DNA from: Entomortierella parvispora E1425
Lineage: Eukaryota; Fungi; Mortierellomycota
Assembly (NCBI GenBank): GCA_020891255.1
Contig: BQFW01000012.1
Span: 1,426,001-1,490,000 of the forward strand
Length of the DNA: 64,000 nt
Direction: 5' to 3'
In this document: in pieces, positions 1 to 11,560 of the stretch
How positions within the stretch are numbered: position 1 is the first letter of the stretch
Layout of the letters: each line of letters begins with the position of its first letter
Program-made: the position numbers and the translations under genes
The notes under the pieces: model-generated
The model's input: only the letters and a program-made list of their open reading frames with translations
Databases searched by the model: none
Told to the model about the DNA's origin: nothing

Positions 1-311
1 GGAAGAATGTCACGGAAAGGATGGCAATGCAGCTCTTTTTTTCTTTGGTCTTAAACACCACGCGAGGCTGCATGCATTGAAAGTCTGTGGAGATGAATGT
101 TGGCCCCTTAAGCGCCGCCAAAATCGACCGAGGATGTGTCGCGAAGAGAGAACGTCCCTGTGTGGTGGAAGTCCTCATCACTCTATCTATAGCTTATATC
201 TATGGTCCTTCAGCAACAGCCACGTTCCCTGCAAGTACTCCTATGGATTGTTTTATCGTCTGTCTGTACGTCTGTCTGTTTGTCTGTCTGTCTGCTAGTT
301 TCAAGGTATAT

Positions 312-990
312 CTACTCGCCAAAGAGACGGCGAACACGCTTGAGCACACTGTCCTTTTCTGGGTCATAGGGGTGATCCTTAGAGGGGATCTCGAGGATGG
401 TGGGGAAGGCTTGGTCATGCTCATCGATAAGGGGCCTGATCTCCTCTGCAATCTAATGAAGAAAAAAAGGGTGTCGTGTCCATGGTTGTCAGCCATCATC
501 CCATGATACTTGATCACGACAGCACCTTTTTCTCAAAATAGGGTTGGTCCTAGCCTCGCTTACATGCTGGTTAATGAGAATGATGGCAATGTCCTTGCGC
601 TTGGTGAATTCTTGGAAAGCCTCTTCGACCGTAGAGAGGGGTGTCTCTATAAGGAATAATGAAAATGAAAAGAGGTGCCTCGATGTTCAGTCTTTGATTC
701 ACTTTGTCGTGTTGTCCAACAAGTGGCAAGAACGAAACACATACTGGCGTCCACGACCAAAAAGTTCTTTTTCTGATGCGAGTCAATGTGACCGATGCCA
801 GCCAGGAGCAAACCAGTGATGGAATCCTCGTCGCCGATGGCGGCCATAAAAGTGCGCTCCTATGAACAGTTGATGGAATAAGATTGTTTTCCTTGTTGAT
901 TAGCCGCTCTGGCGCTTGCCAAGTGGTGCGAGTGCATGCATGCATGTCATGTATGCAGTGAGTGCATGTTGTCCGTACTGTTTGCGCCAT
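312..990 (-). CDS. VMA7: V-type H+-ATPase subunit F (spliced)
   Basis: Spliced reading MAQT|[38 protein letters not shown]...[49 protein letters not shown] at 990, TAG at 312-314, GT-AG introns. The motifs match V-ATPase subunit F. Confidence 0.93.
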
Positions 991-1360
991 TGTGAGAGAG
1001 AGTTTCTTCCTGTCTTGACGCTGTCCCAAGTCTGCGTGAGAAGAAGAAGAGGAAGAAGGAAAAGAAAGAGGGTGATGAAACGAACGAATGAACAAAAGGA
1101 GGGAATTCCATTGAATGCGATGCTCCCCACTCGTCTCCCGAGACGTGTCCAGCAGTCACCTTTTTACGACCTTCTTTCCCTTCAACGACTGGCCCCAACT
1201 GTCGAGCCAAGGGAACGCGTGCATGCTTCTTTTTTTTTTCATTCTTTCTTTCATCCATCATCATCATCGCCTCCTTCTTCGCCTCGCTGCAACAGTCTGT
1301 CTACATCTACCCCCGACGCATCTCTTCCTCGGGATTAGCACTCGTTCTCTTCTCTGTCTG

Positions 1361-4300
1361 ATGCGCGTCGCTCGCTCTCCCATGAAGACCTCTGTCCTGG
1401 CCCTGGCCCTGGTAGCCATGCAGGCCCTGACGTCCGAGGCCTCGTCCTCGTCCTCACCCCCTATCCAGGCTTCCATTCGTGCCTCCTGGGAGACCCCTCC
1501 CCTCCTGCTCGAGATCTTGTAAGGCTTTCATATCTTTTTCTCAAGAATGATATCGCAAGAAATCGGCTCTACATTCCTGTGCCTCACAATGTCCCTAACG
1601 TCATTGTTCCTCCTGTGCTTCTCTTTTCCATTATCACCTCTAAGGGAAACGGTGGCGGTTGAAAACAAGACTGCATACTTTCCATTGATGCGTCAATTGA
1701 CCGAGACTCAGTTCCTGGCCGGCATCAACTCGGACAAGGATCTGTACCAAAAGAGCATGGATCTGATTCAGGAACAAGGGCATGTCCATCCCGAGGCTTT
1801 GTCGACGCTGAAGCTGTCCATGGCCATGCATACGGCCGCACCTTGGATCCAGGCGCACTACCATCTGTACAGCTCAACCATTGTTCCTGACAGGACCTCA
1901 AAGTCAGGATTCAACCCGGACTGCGGTGTCTGGGTCGACTGGTACGATCAGCAGATCTGCTCCGTGTCCGAGTTGGAAACTCTGGTGGCTGGAGGATTGG
2001 ATCGCTATGCGAAAAAGTATGTTACACCATCATTGCCTGGTCTTTGCAGTCGATGGAATCACTCTCCTGGGAACCTACTGACTTATTCATTGGACACTCC
2101 TCTTTTGAAATCAGATCCAAGAGCAAGCCAACAACCATGGATCTGGATCACGTATTGCCATTGGAGACTGGATCGGACCTTTTTGCCATCCTTTATGCAG
2201 ATGTTTACGACTCTCAATTCGCTGCATTCCGACGCTACCTCGACTCGCTCTCCAAGAGCCATGGGCTAAAGTACTCCATTCGTTATCGACCTTCGACAAC
2301 AGCCGAAAAAACCCCCAACCTGAGTCTCTCTGGATACGGAGTGGAGTTGGCACTGAAGAGTACCGACTACATTGTGATCGATGACCGTGATCTTGGACAT
2401 GGAGATGCCCAAGGCGCCACGAAACAGACGGTTTTTGGTCACGAGTCTGGCCAGGATCTCTTTGGTGATGAGGTTCCTGTTGTTGAGCCCGTCAGTCAAC
2501 AAGATCTTGGAGGTATGGGCTGTTTTGTTCCGATATTTTATCCGCTATTTTTTCATTTCTAGCTGTAGCTCTCTTCATCATGACCCCTGTACCGAAAGGT
2601 TTAACGTCCAAGCATAATAACATGGACCGTTTACCTCTGCTGTCCTATAGGTCTTGGCCTTGCCACGGCACACTTCATTCTTCGATCAGAGAATCCTCTC
2701 AAGACCTTGGTTTCTGTCTCCCAAGACTTTCCCAAATATCAGCGCAAGTTGTCCAAGATGGAGCCAGAACAGGAACTTCGTGCTGCTGTTCAACACAACA
2801 TGATGTTCGTCCGAGACAATCGTGTCTGGCTGAACAACCAACCCGTTCCTCATCACAAAATGAACCCTTTCAAGTAGGATGCCTTTTATATAGATGTGAG
2901 CCGGATCTGAGTCGCTGAGTGAACCGCTAACTGAAGCTCTGTTCACCTTTTTCTAGTCTGATCCGCCTCCTCCGCCGTGAGCGGGAATCGATTGCCTCTT
3001 TGGCGACCCTTGGCATGTCCAACAGGAAGGCTATCGACCTCTTGACGGACATCGGCACTGTGGAGACCTCGGAAGGAGGAAATGAGCCGATTGGTTTGTT
3101 TGATGTTCGTGATAAATCCGAGAGCAAGAACTTGGTGGTCTGGATGAACGATCTTGAAAACGACAAACGCTACGCTGCCTGGGAATCTTCACTGGAAGTG
3201 ATTCTTAGACCAAACTATGGCGGGCAGTTTCACCAGATTCGAAAGAACGTCGCCAACACCCTTTTCATCTTGGACTTTAGTTTGCCCCAGACTTGGGAGT
3301 TGGTTGCGTTCGAGCTTACCAACTTTGTCCAACGTATGATTCCCTTCCGCTTTGGTCTTTTGCCTCTTGTGAAAAGCGATCATGGAAATGGTAATATCAC
3401 TGGTATAATACAGATATGCGCACCGTCACGATGTTACTTGGTATGACTAACTGAAGCCTTGCTCACTTAGATGCGACAATGGCTATGCTCTGGAGACATG
3501 TTGTTAGCCGACATGGTATCAAGGGAGGACTGGAGTTCTTGAAGACAACCTTGATTAGCCAAATGCAAGCCGGACTTGATTTCCCCTCCGCTGTCCGCAA
3601 ATCTTTTGCAGCTGCGATGCAGCTTGCCAAACTGAAGAACACGGAGACACCTGAATTAACGTTCGAGCAAGTCCTGACTGACCCCACCTATCATGCTTGG
3701 ATTCAATCGGTCAAGGCCATGACGGGTCGACTTGGCGTAAATGACCCTGCATTGTTCGTGAACGGCAAGTACTTTGCATGGAACCAGGATCACGGTCAAA
3801 CGTTGACGGCTGAGGTGCCTCAGCAGATTGCCTTCCTGGCAGAGCGTTACAACGCGGGTGCGATTGATGACGACACCAACATTTACGACTACTTCCAAAC
3901 ATTGCCAACCGTGTTCGAGCGCCGCAACCCTTACATCTTTGTGAGCGATGAGGCGCCATTGAAGATTGTGGACCTGGTTCAAAGACAGTCTCGTCCATTG
4001 GTCGATACCCTTTCCTATGTGTCTAAAGGTAAAAAGGCATCTGCTGTAGAGGCAGTATATGACTTGCCTCATCAAATATCTAACACTCTATTGAACCTGT
4101 ATTTTAGAAGGTAATAACTCGCCAACAACCACCGCTATCATTGTGGCAGACTTTGGAGACAAATTGGGATTGGAGGTTGCCATGGCGGCCTTGGAATCGT
4201 TGGAAACCAGTGACTTTGTTCGAGTAGCCTTTGTTCAAAACGGACAAGAGTCACAGGAGTCGACTGCTTCGCTGGAGAATTTCATCCGACAGTCCTCGGT

Positions 4301-7208
4301 GGAAGGCAAGGTTCTTCCTCTCGGATTCTGGAAGGAATTGTTCCAGGGCATGGCTAACGGACGTTCCTTTGTGGAGAGTTTCCAAAAGGCCGGTAGCGAG
4401 TACCCAGAGATTGCTATCATTGGCATGGAGGGCTCCAAAGGCACCGATGAGGCCAATAAGCGTGCTGTCCACCAGTTCTTGAGAGAGACTCTCAAGGCCA
4501 AGCCCAAAGATTTCCTCGTTGTCGTGAACGGAAGGGTGATCGGCCCAATTCCTGAGGCAATGACCTCGGGTGATTTCAAGATGCTCTACAGCTACGAAAA
4601 GGGAGCTCGTGTGGATAAGATTGTGAGCTTGCTTAAGAGCTCCAATGTGGAAGCCACGCCTAGGTATTAGACTGGCTTTTGGCTTTCATGTTGTCTGGTG
4701 GGGTCTTTGATACTTGGTGCTGATATTTCTATTTGTTGTATTTGTCTGCGCTCAATAGCAACATCTTGAAAACCGCGTCCATCGTCTTTGGTGCCTCCCA
4801 ACAGCTCGATCAAGGACTTTATGATATCAACGATCCTATCGTTTCAAGAGACCGCTCTTTCGCGAACTTGAATGCCGAGCAAAGGTAATGGAGACCAGCC
4901 ATTTATTGGAAAGAAATCAGGGAAGACGCAAGATTATTCTTGTTTTAATCTCAACTTTTTTCGCCTTTTGTTGTCCCCAGTGGCTTTACCGTTAACCCCA
5001 CCGCGCATGCAGAGGACGACAACTCCCTGTACTACTTCACCGCCGTTCTGGACCCTGCACACCAGCTTACTCAAAAGTGGGCAGCTATCTTGGATGTGAG
5101 TATTATTTCGCCATTGGGCCAGGTGAACACTCGGGCTACTACATGTGGATTATGGCCTAACAGTTCGTTACCTTTCATAGACTCTGTCGAAGTTGGATAA
5201 TGTGCAGGTCAAGATCGTCTTGCAGCCATCTATGCGACTCTCTGAAGCGCCTATCAAGCGATTCTTCCGTTATGTGGCCGATGCAGAACTGAACTTTGAC
5301 GCTGAAGGGTATGTCCATTGTCATGTGCGTAATGTAAAAGGCACCGGGCAATCCCATGAAGTTAGAAAACTAATGGCAGCCATTTTTTATAACAGATCCA
5401 TGGTACAGCCTTCGGCCTATTTCGCAGGACTTCCTGAGCCAACTTTGTTAACCCTGGGTGTGGACGTCAACCCTGCTTGGGTGGTCACATCTAAGGTCTG
5501 CATTCACGATTTGGACAACCTCAAACTCTCTAGCTTGACAGGAGCCGCTCGTACAACCGGTGTTCAGGCCGAATTTGAACTACAGCATATTCTTGTGGAG
5601 GGTTTCGCTCGCGATATTACCCAAAAGACCCCTCCCAAGGGTGCACAGTTTATTCTGGGTACCAAGGCAGAACCTCATGTGGCTGATACGTTGGTGATGG
5701 CCAATATGGGCTATTTTCAGCTCAAGGCCAACCCTGGTGTTTGGGAGATGGTTTTGAGACCTGGACGTACTCAGCAGGTGTTCTCGATCGAGAGTATTGG
5801 TAGTGAGGGTTGGGTCCCTGGAGGAGTCAAGAACGATAAACGAGATGTGATTATCGCCAACTTTGAAGGACTGGTTCTCTACCCTCGATTGGTCCGCAAT
5901 GAGGGTATGGAGAGAGCCAACATCCAGGATGAAGTGCAGGTTGAGACTGGTCTTTGGGACTCTATCAAGTCTACGTAAGTGCCTTAGAAGACTGCAGTGT
6001 TTATGTTCCCTCTGCCACAATGCTGACCTCGTCCTTTTCCCTTTTCTGCTCTGATAAGGGCTTCTAGTCTCAAGGGCTTCACCAACAGTGGCAACAAGGC
6101 AGTCGTGAAGAAAAAGGCCGACATCAACATCTTTTCGGTGGCGTCCGGTCATTTGTATGAACGATTCTTGTCCATTATGATTCTGAGTGTGATCAAAAAC
6201 ACGGACAGTCGGGTCAAGTTTTGGTTCATTGAGAACTTTTTGTCGCCCTCCTTCAAGGACTTCATCCCCCACATGGCCGAGAAGTATGATTTCGATTACG
6301 AGTTGGTGACCTACAACTGGCCCCACTGGTTGCGTGCACAGACAGAGAAGCAGAGGATCATTTGGGCTTACAAGATCTTGTTCCTGGATGTCTTGTTCCC
6401 CTTGGACCTTGACAAGGTTATCTTTGTGGATGCTGATCAGGTATGATAGACAGTACTACTTGCATGTGTATGCTGTTTTTGAACTGTGTATATTGATAGC
6501 TAACATCGATTTGACCTTCTTAGATTGTTCGCACAGACATGAAGGAACTTGTGGATCTGGATCTTCATGGAGCGCCTTATGGTTACACTCCTATGTGTCA
6601 GGACCGTGCAGAGATGGAGGGATTCCGATTCTGGAACCAAGGCTACTGGAAGGATCACCTTCGTGGAAAGCCCTACCATATCTCTGCGCTCTATGTGATT
6701 GACTTGGTTCGATTCCGTCAGATGCAGGCCGGTGACCGGTTAAGAAACCACTACCAGCAATTGTCTCGGGATCCCGGCAGTTTGGCCAATTTGGACCAGG
6801 ACTTGCCCAACAACATGCAAAACGAGGTGCCTATCTTTTCTCTTCCCCAGGAATGGCTTTGGTGCGAGACCTGGTGTGGAGACAAGGGATTGGAAAATGC
6901 CAAGACGATTGATCTGGTAAGTATAGAGAACTCCCTCGCTTTCTACTTGGGATGAAAATTCAGACTGACTATTAACACACCCATTATTTCGTCCGCCCCT
7001 CTAGTGCAACAACCCCTTGACAAAGGAACCCAAGTTGGACCGTGCTAGACGCCAGATCAAGGAGTGGGAGAGTTTGGACAACGAGGCGACGGATTTCGCA
7101 AAGAAGGTCAATGCTGAGAGACGACAGCAACAACAGCAGCAAGAGGCCAAAAAGACTGCCCACAGTGAGGACCATCACGCTGAGACCCATATCAAGGATG
7201 AGCTGTAA
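1361..7208 (+). CDS. UGGT: UDP-glucose:glycoprotein glucosyltransferase (multi-exon)
   Basis: N-terminal signal peptide ([16 protein letters not shown]) and the [22 protein letters not shown] motif. C-terminal GT24 domain: [50 protein letters not shown]. Ends in the ER-retention signal HIKDEL. Confidence 0.96.
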
Positions 7209-7568
7209 ACTCGATATACAGTAGAATTCTCTATAAACAAAAAAAGAAAGAAGGGGACGCGCACTCTTTCCTCCCTTTCGCGTATTATCAATCCTTGATC
7301 TCCATGAATTCGAGTCCAAAAAAAAAAAAAAAAAAAATAGTGTGGAAGGCGAAACGAACAGGAGACTGAATCGTCCAATTTATTTTAAAAACAGGAAGAC
7401 CCAAGTTTCCTGTGAAAAACACCTCCCTGGCCAAAGAAAAATCGCTTTAAAGCACTCCATCCCACAAAGATCCCAAAAAAAAAAAGGAAAACTGCAGGAA
7501 CAGAAGATGATTCAACTCAATTCATCGTCTTTTTGGAAGGACGAGTTATGAAAGAGTAAAGGATAAAT

Positions 7569-8266
7569 TTACTCCTTGTTCTTGAGGGCATCAGCGGAAC
7601 CCTTCTTGGCGAAACGCTGGTTGCGGATGAACTTGGGGCAGACACCCTTGAGGTTGGGGTGGCGCTGGGACTTCACCTTCTTGATACCATTGCGGTGAGC
7701 CTTCTTGTCTATTACATGGTGATAAATTTGGCATCGAACGTCAGCAAATCTGTGCCCCTTTTGAAATTTGAAAAGATGCCTCCTGCGATCGCGCTGAATC
7801 CTTTCTTGCTGAATAATGATGGAGGAGGAAGAAAGATCGACATGCCCTCCCATATTGGCTGAAGTTTGATGGTGAAGTTTTTGGTGTTTGGGTGAAAAAG
7901 TGTCTTCAAAAAAACTACCACCGTCTATTCACTTTTGACTAGATCCAGCAGGAGTTGTTCCTATGTCATTACGACGCCAAGTCATGCTCTCTTGAGAATC
8001 TCGCCCTCCTCAAAAGTTCCTGAAGTGGGTAGTAACAGACAGAGGAATCTGTCGCGGTATTATCCTCTGGAAACAACAGTTGATTTGGTTTTCTGTCTTT
8101 GATATTCAAAAGGCAATCCAAGGATCTGATCCTGCTCCTGAATATTCACAATGATAAGGAATAGAAGAAATACGCCACGATCCTGGTCCATGGTAAAAAA
8201 GACAATGTTGCTCTGGTCTGTTCACATACTCTGGTTGTGGTTGGTGTGGTTCTTGGACTTGGCCAT
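7569..8266 (-). CDS. RPL29: 60S ribosomal protein L29 (eL29), two coding exons
   Basis: Exon 1 [12 protein letters not shown] (ATG 8266, GTATGT donor) joins across a ~520 nt intron to [37 protein letters not shown]...*. Confidence 0.95.
7930..8150 (-). ncRNA. Candidate structured intronic RNA (possible H/ACA snoRNA) in the RPL29 intron
   Basis: Several stems on the minus strand (ATATTCA/TGAATAT, CAGAGGA/TCCTCTG, TTGAG/CTCAA), with ANANNA-like boxes (ACAGAA, AGAGCA) between them. A terminal ACA box could not be placed cleanly. Confidence 0.3.
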
Positions 8267-8272
8267 TTTACT

Positions 8273-9100
8273 TTAAGCTATTGACGCCAACGAGAAGAAG
8301 ACAACATAAGATGTTAGTTTCTTCATGAAGTTCAAGCTGTCTTTTTGGTACAGGGGGGGAACACCCTCATCTCTCCCGATTGAAGGCGATTCGCCTTCTC
8401 CACTCGTGTTTTCGTTCAGTCCAGTGAACAGGGGCTGTTGAATGGCAGCGATGTTTGGTAATGTTGGGTGATAGATGCAGGGTTCATGCTGAAAAGATTC
8501 CATGTTTTCCAAGGCGGGGTATTTGTTTGCCAGGGATGTAATGGACAAGTGAACTAGATGCTCCAGGACAAGGCGGATTGTCGATATTTGACAATAGTCT
8601 CCCCATGGGTACAAGCCATGTACCCGATCCGCCCATCTCCTGTTTTTGATGATGGATGTCCTATAGATGACTCTTGAGGATGAAGTTGTCGTTTTCCAAA
8701 AAGTCCATGGATGGATAGCTGTTTATGATCTGGTCATGACGGGGGCGTTTTCAGAGCATGATCGTAGTGCAATGGTGATCGATGCATGGACATTGACAAA
8801 TCGATCGATGGATGTGTTCTCCCGGTTGTCCCAAAACAGCGTCTTTCAGACAGACTACCTCGAGAATCAAAGTATGCAGAGAAGGAAATCAGCCATCTCC
8901 GCGCGGGGGTTTCTTCTGACCAGAAGTGGTGCTTAAGGGTATTCCCGACATAACCTGGTTGGGATATAATGAATCGTTATTTCCATGCACATTGGGTCAA
9001 GAGGTCGGCGACAAGCGAGGCTTCATGTTCCTTCACTTCACGCTTAGACAGCTTCCTTCGCGTAGATTTATTGTCTCCTTTCTCTTTGGAATGAACTCAT
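8273..9100 (-). pseudogene. Degenerate coding-like relic (possibly F-box/LRR-like)
   Basis: Fragments in different frames (SLVADLLTQC, LHTLILEVVCL, LVLEHLVHLSITSL) are separated by stops. The only long ORF is the 113 aa one at 8273-8614. Confidence 0.25.
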
Positions 9101-9402
9101 CATTAATCGCAATGGCTGTTCTGTAACTTTTGACACCGCACCTGAATCTGACATGAACGATAGCGCACGCAGGATTGGGCTTGAGGACCGATCCTCTCAA
9201 TAACCATCAGTCCAGACAGCGCCAGCTGCTGTGTGCCTCCGAGTAAGTCATCATCACTTGATTACTCGCAATAAAACTGCAGCTGTACATGTAGCTGGGG
9301 TGTTCCTCGTGGGATTGTTCGATGATTTTTGAAGCGTTTCTTCTATTTATTAGTTTTCAATATAGTGTACATGCGATGCGAGGATGCAAATGAGATGATA
9401 TT

Positions 9403-10735
9403 CTAGATACGGCCACGCTCGTACTGCTGCGAGAATTTAGCCTTGACGTTCAGATCAAGGGCAGCGTTGAGGACAAAGTTGGGGTGCTTCAAGAATCCAC
9501 GACCGACAGCAATCAAGTCGGCCTTCTCCCTTTCCAAGACCTCCTCGGCCTGCTTTCCATCGGTGATGATACCCACAGCCACGACCACAAGTCCAGGCAC
9601 CTCCTTCTTGACCTGCTCTGCAAAAGGGACCTGGTAACCAGGGAAGGCTTTGATCTGTTGCTGAGCAGTGTTTCCTCCAGCAGAGACATGGAAGACATCC
9701 ACACCAGCGTCCTTGACCCACTTTGCGATCTGGACCGTCTGCTCAATGTCCCACGAGGGTTGATCCAAATGCTCAACGAAATCTGTAGCGGAAACTCTGA
9801 GCAAGACGGGCTTCTCGGCCGGGAAGTTTTCACGAACAGCGCGAACAACCTCCAACAAGAAGCGAGCACGGTTCTCGAGCGACCCACCATAACGATCGGT
9901 GCGATGGTTGCTGACGGGGGAGAGGAATTGATGGATCAAATAACCATGGGCACCGTGGATCTCGACAGTGTCCAATCCAGCCTGGGCGGCACGGGCTGCG
10001 GCAGCGCCAAAGGCCTTCACAGTCTCTTCAATCTCTTGGATCGAGAGCTCGCGGGGAACATGGTGAGTTGGGTCCCACTGAAATTCGGCGCCGCCACTAG
10101 GTCCCACCACGTTGTCCTTCCAGTAAGCAGACTCTGGGAGTGTCTCGTAGTATGCTTTGACAGATGCCTAACGAGGAGAGTGTCAGAAATAAAAGGGAAT
10201 GAGCTTTCTTTTCTTTTTCTGTGGTTTGTTTACGATCTGTCTCGTGCTTCCTTCTTTTTACCTTTCGTCCAGCGTGTGCAAGCTGGATACCGAGCTTGGA
10301 CCCTTGAGCATGCACAAAGTTGGCGATCCGCTTCAATCCAGGGATTTGCTTGTCATCCCAGAGACCAGTGTCAGCAGGAGAGATACGACCCTCGGGGCTC
10401 ACGGCTGTAGCCTCGGCCAGGATCAAACCAGCACCGTGAGTAGCGAAAGATCCGAGATGGACGAGGTGATAGTCGGTGAAGAACCCATCCTGGCTCGAGA
10501 ACATACACATGGGGGCTACAATGACTCTGTTGGCCAAGGTAAGATCCTTGACCTGGAAGGGCTGGAACAAGAGGGGGATCTTGTCGGCATTGGGCAAGGA
10601 GGCATCGACGGGACCGAGGTAAGAACCAGGCGCAACGGGCTGTTTGATAAAGTAGCGTTCTTGCGGGTATTGGGTGCGATAGTTCTTTTCGAGTGCAATT
10701 GAGTCGGTGGTGGCGAGTCCTTGTGATGAAGGCAT
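9403..10735 (-). CDS. NADH:flavin oxidoreductase, Old Yellow Enzyme family (YqjM/NamA-like), paralog 1
   Basis: Motifs RVIVAPMCMFS, IQLAHAGRK, EIHGAHGYLIHQFLSPVSNHRTDRYGGSLENRARF, VLLRVSATD. One intron right after AHAGRK. Confidence 0.93.
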
Positions 10736-11560
10736 TATGGCTATGATCTATGTGTTGTTTATATGTTGAAGTAGAGAGAGTAGGTCAAGAGAGCGGGGAA
10801 GAGGGGATTGAAACTGAGTGAGTGAGGAATGAAGACGAAGAAAGAAAAAAAAAAGGCCCTTTTTATTAAAAATTTTGATCCACCTGGACTCAGATCGAAG
10901 GCGATTTGTCAGACAGGTACAGAGCAACACTCCCCAGATCAAAAAATAGCGTCTTTTCGTGCGAATCACCGCGTCCCCTGACAAATCAATTGTTCCTCGG
11001 CAGCGAAGGACTGCAGTGATCGTTTGCATCTTTCGCGTGTGTCTGTCCGCCTCCAGGGTCGTCTGCCTACGACTCGGTTACGCACTGCTTAACAATGCCA
11101 TCGCTGCTGCTGTTGTTGCTGAGGTACGAGATCGATCGGCACCTTCCTTCTCGATCCAAACATGCATCGTCACCCAGGGCTTGACTATGGATAGCGAGAT
11201 CGACTGGTCGACTGGTAAATACGCCTTGTGTCGGTGTGCTCTGTCTGAACGCACAGCATCGGCCCAGGTCATATACCCCACAAACCCCCAGGGGCTGCTC
11301 TCCGCTAGCCACTCGTCGAAGTCCAATTTGTTTCCTGAGAATCTACAGTGGCCTCGGGCAGCTTAAGGGTCCAAAATGTGAAACTCGACCTTTGCCCTCT
11401 TTGTTTCGAAGTCGCCCATTCTCGTCTTTTCAACGAACGAGATTCCCCTTTCTGCCCCTCGCATGGCACATTCACATCTCGCGCTTATCCTTCTTTCATT
11501 GCATCTTCATCTCTGTCCTCCCATTTTACTGTCAGCTAATAACACTCTTGTTACTCGACC

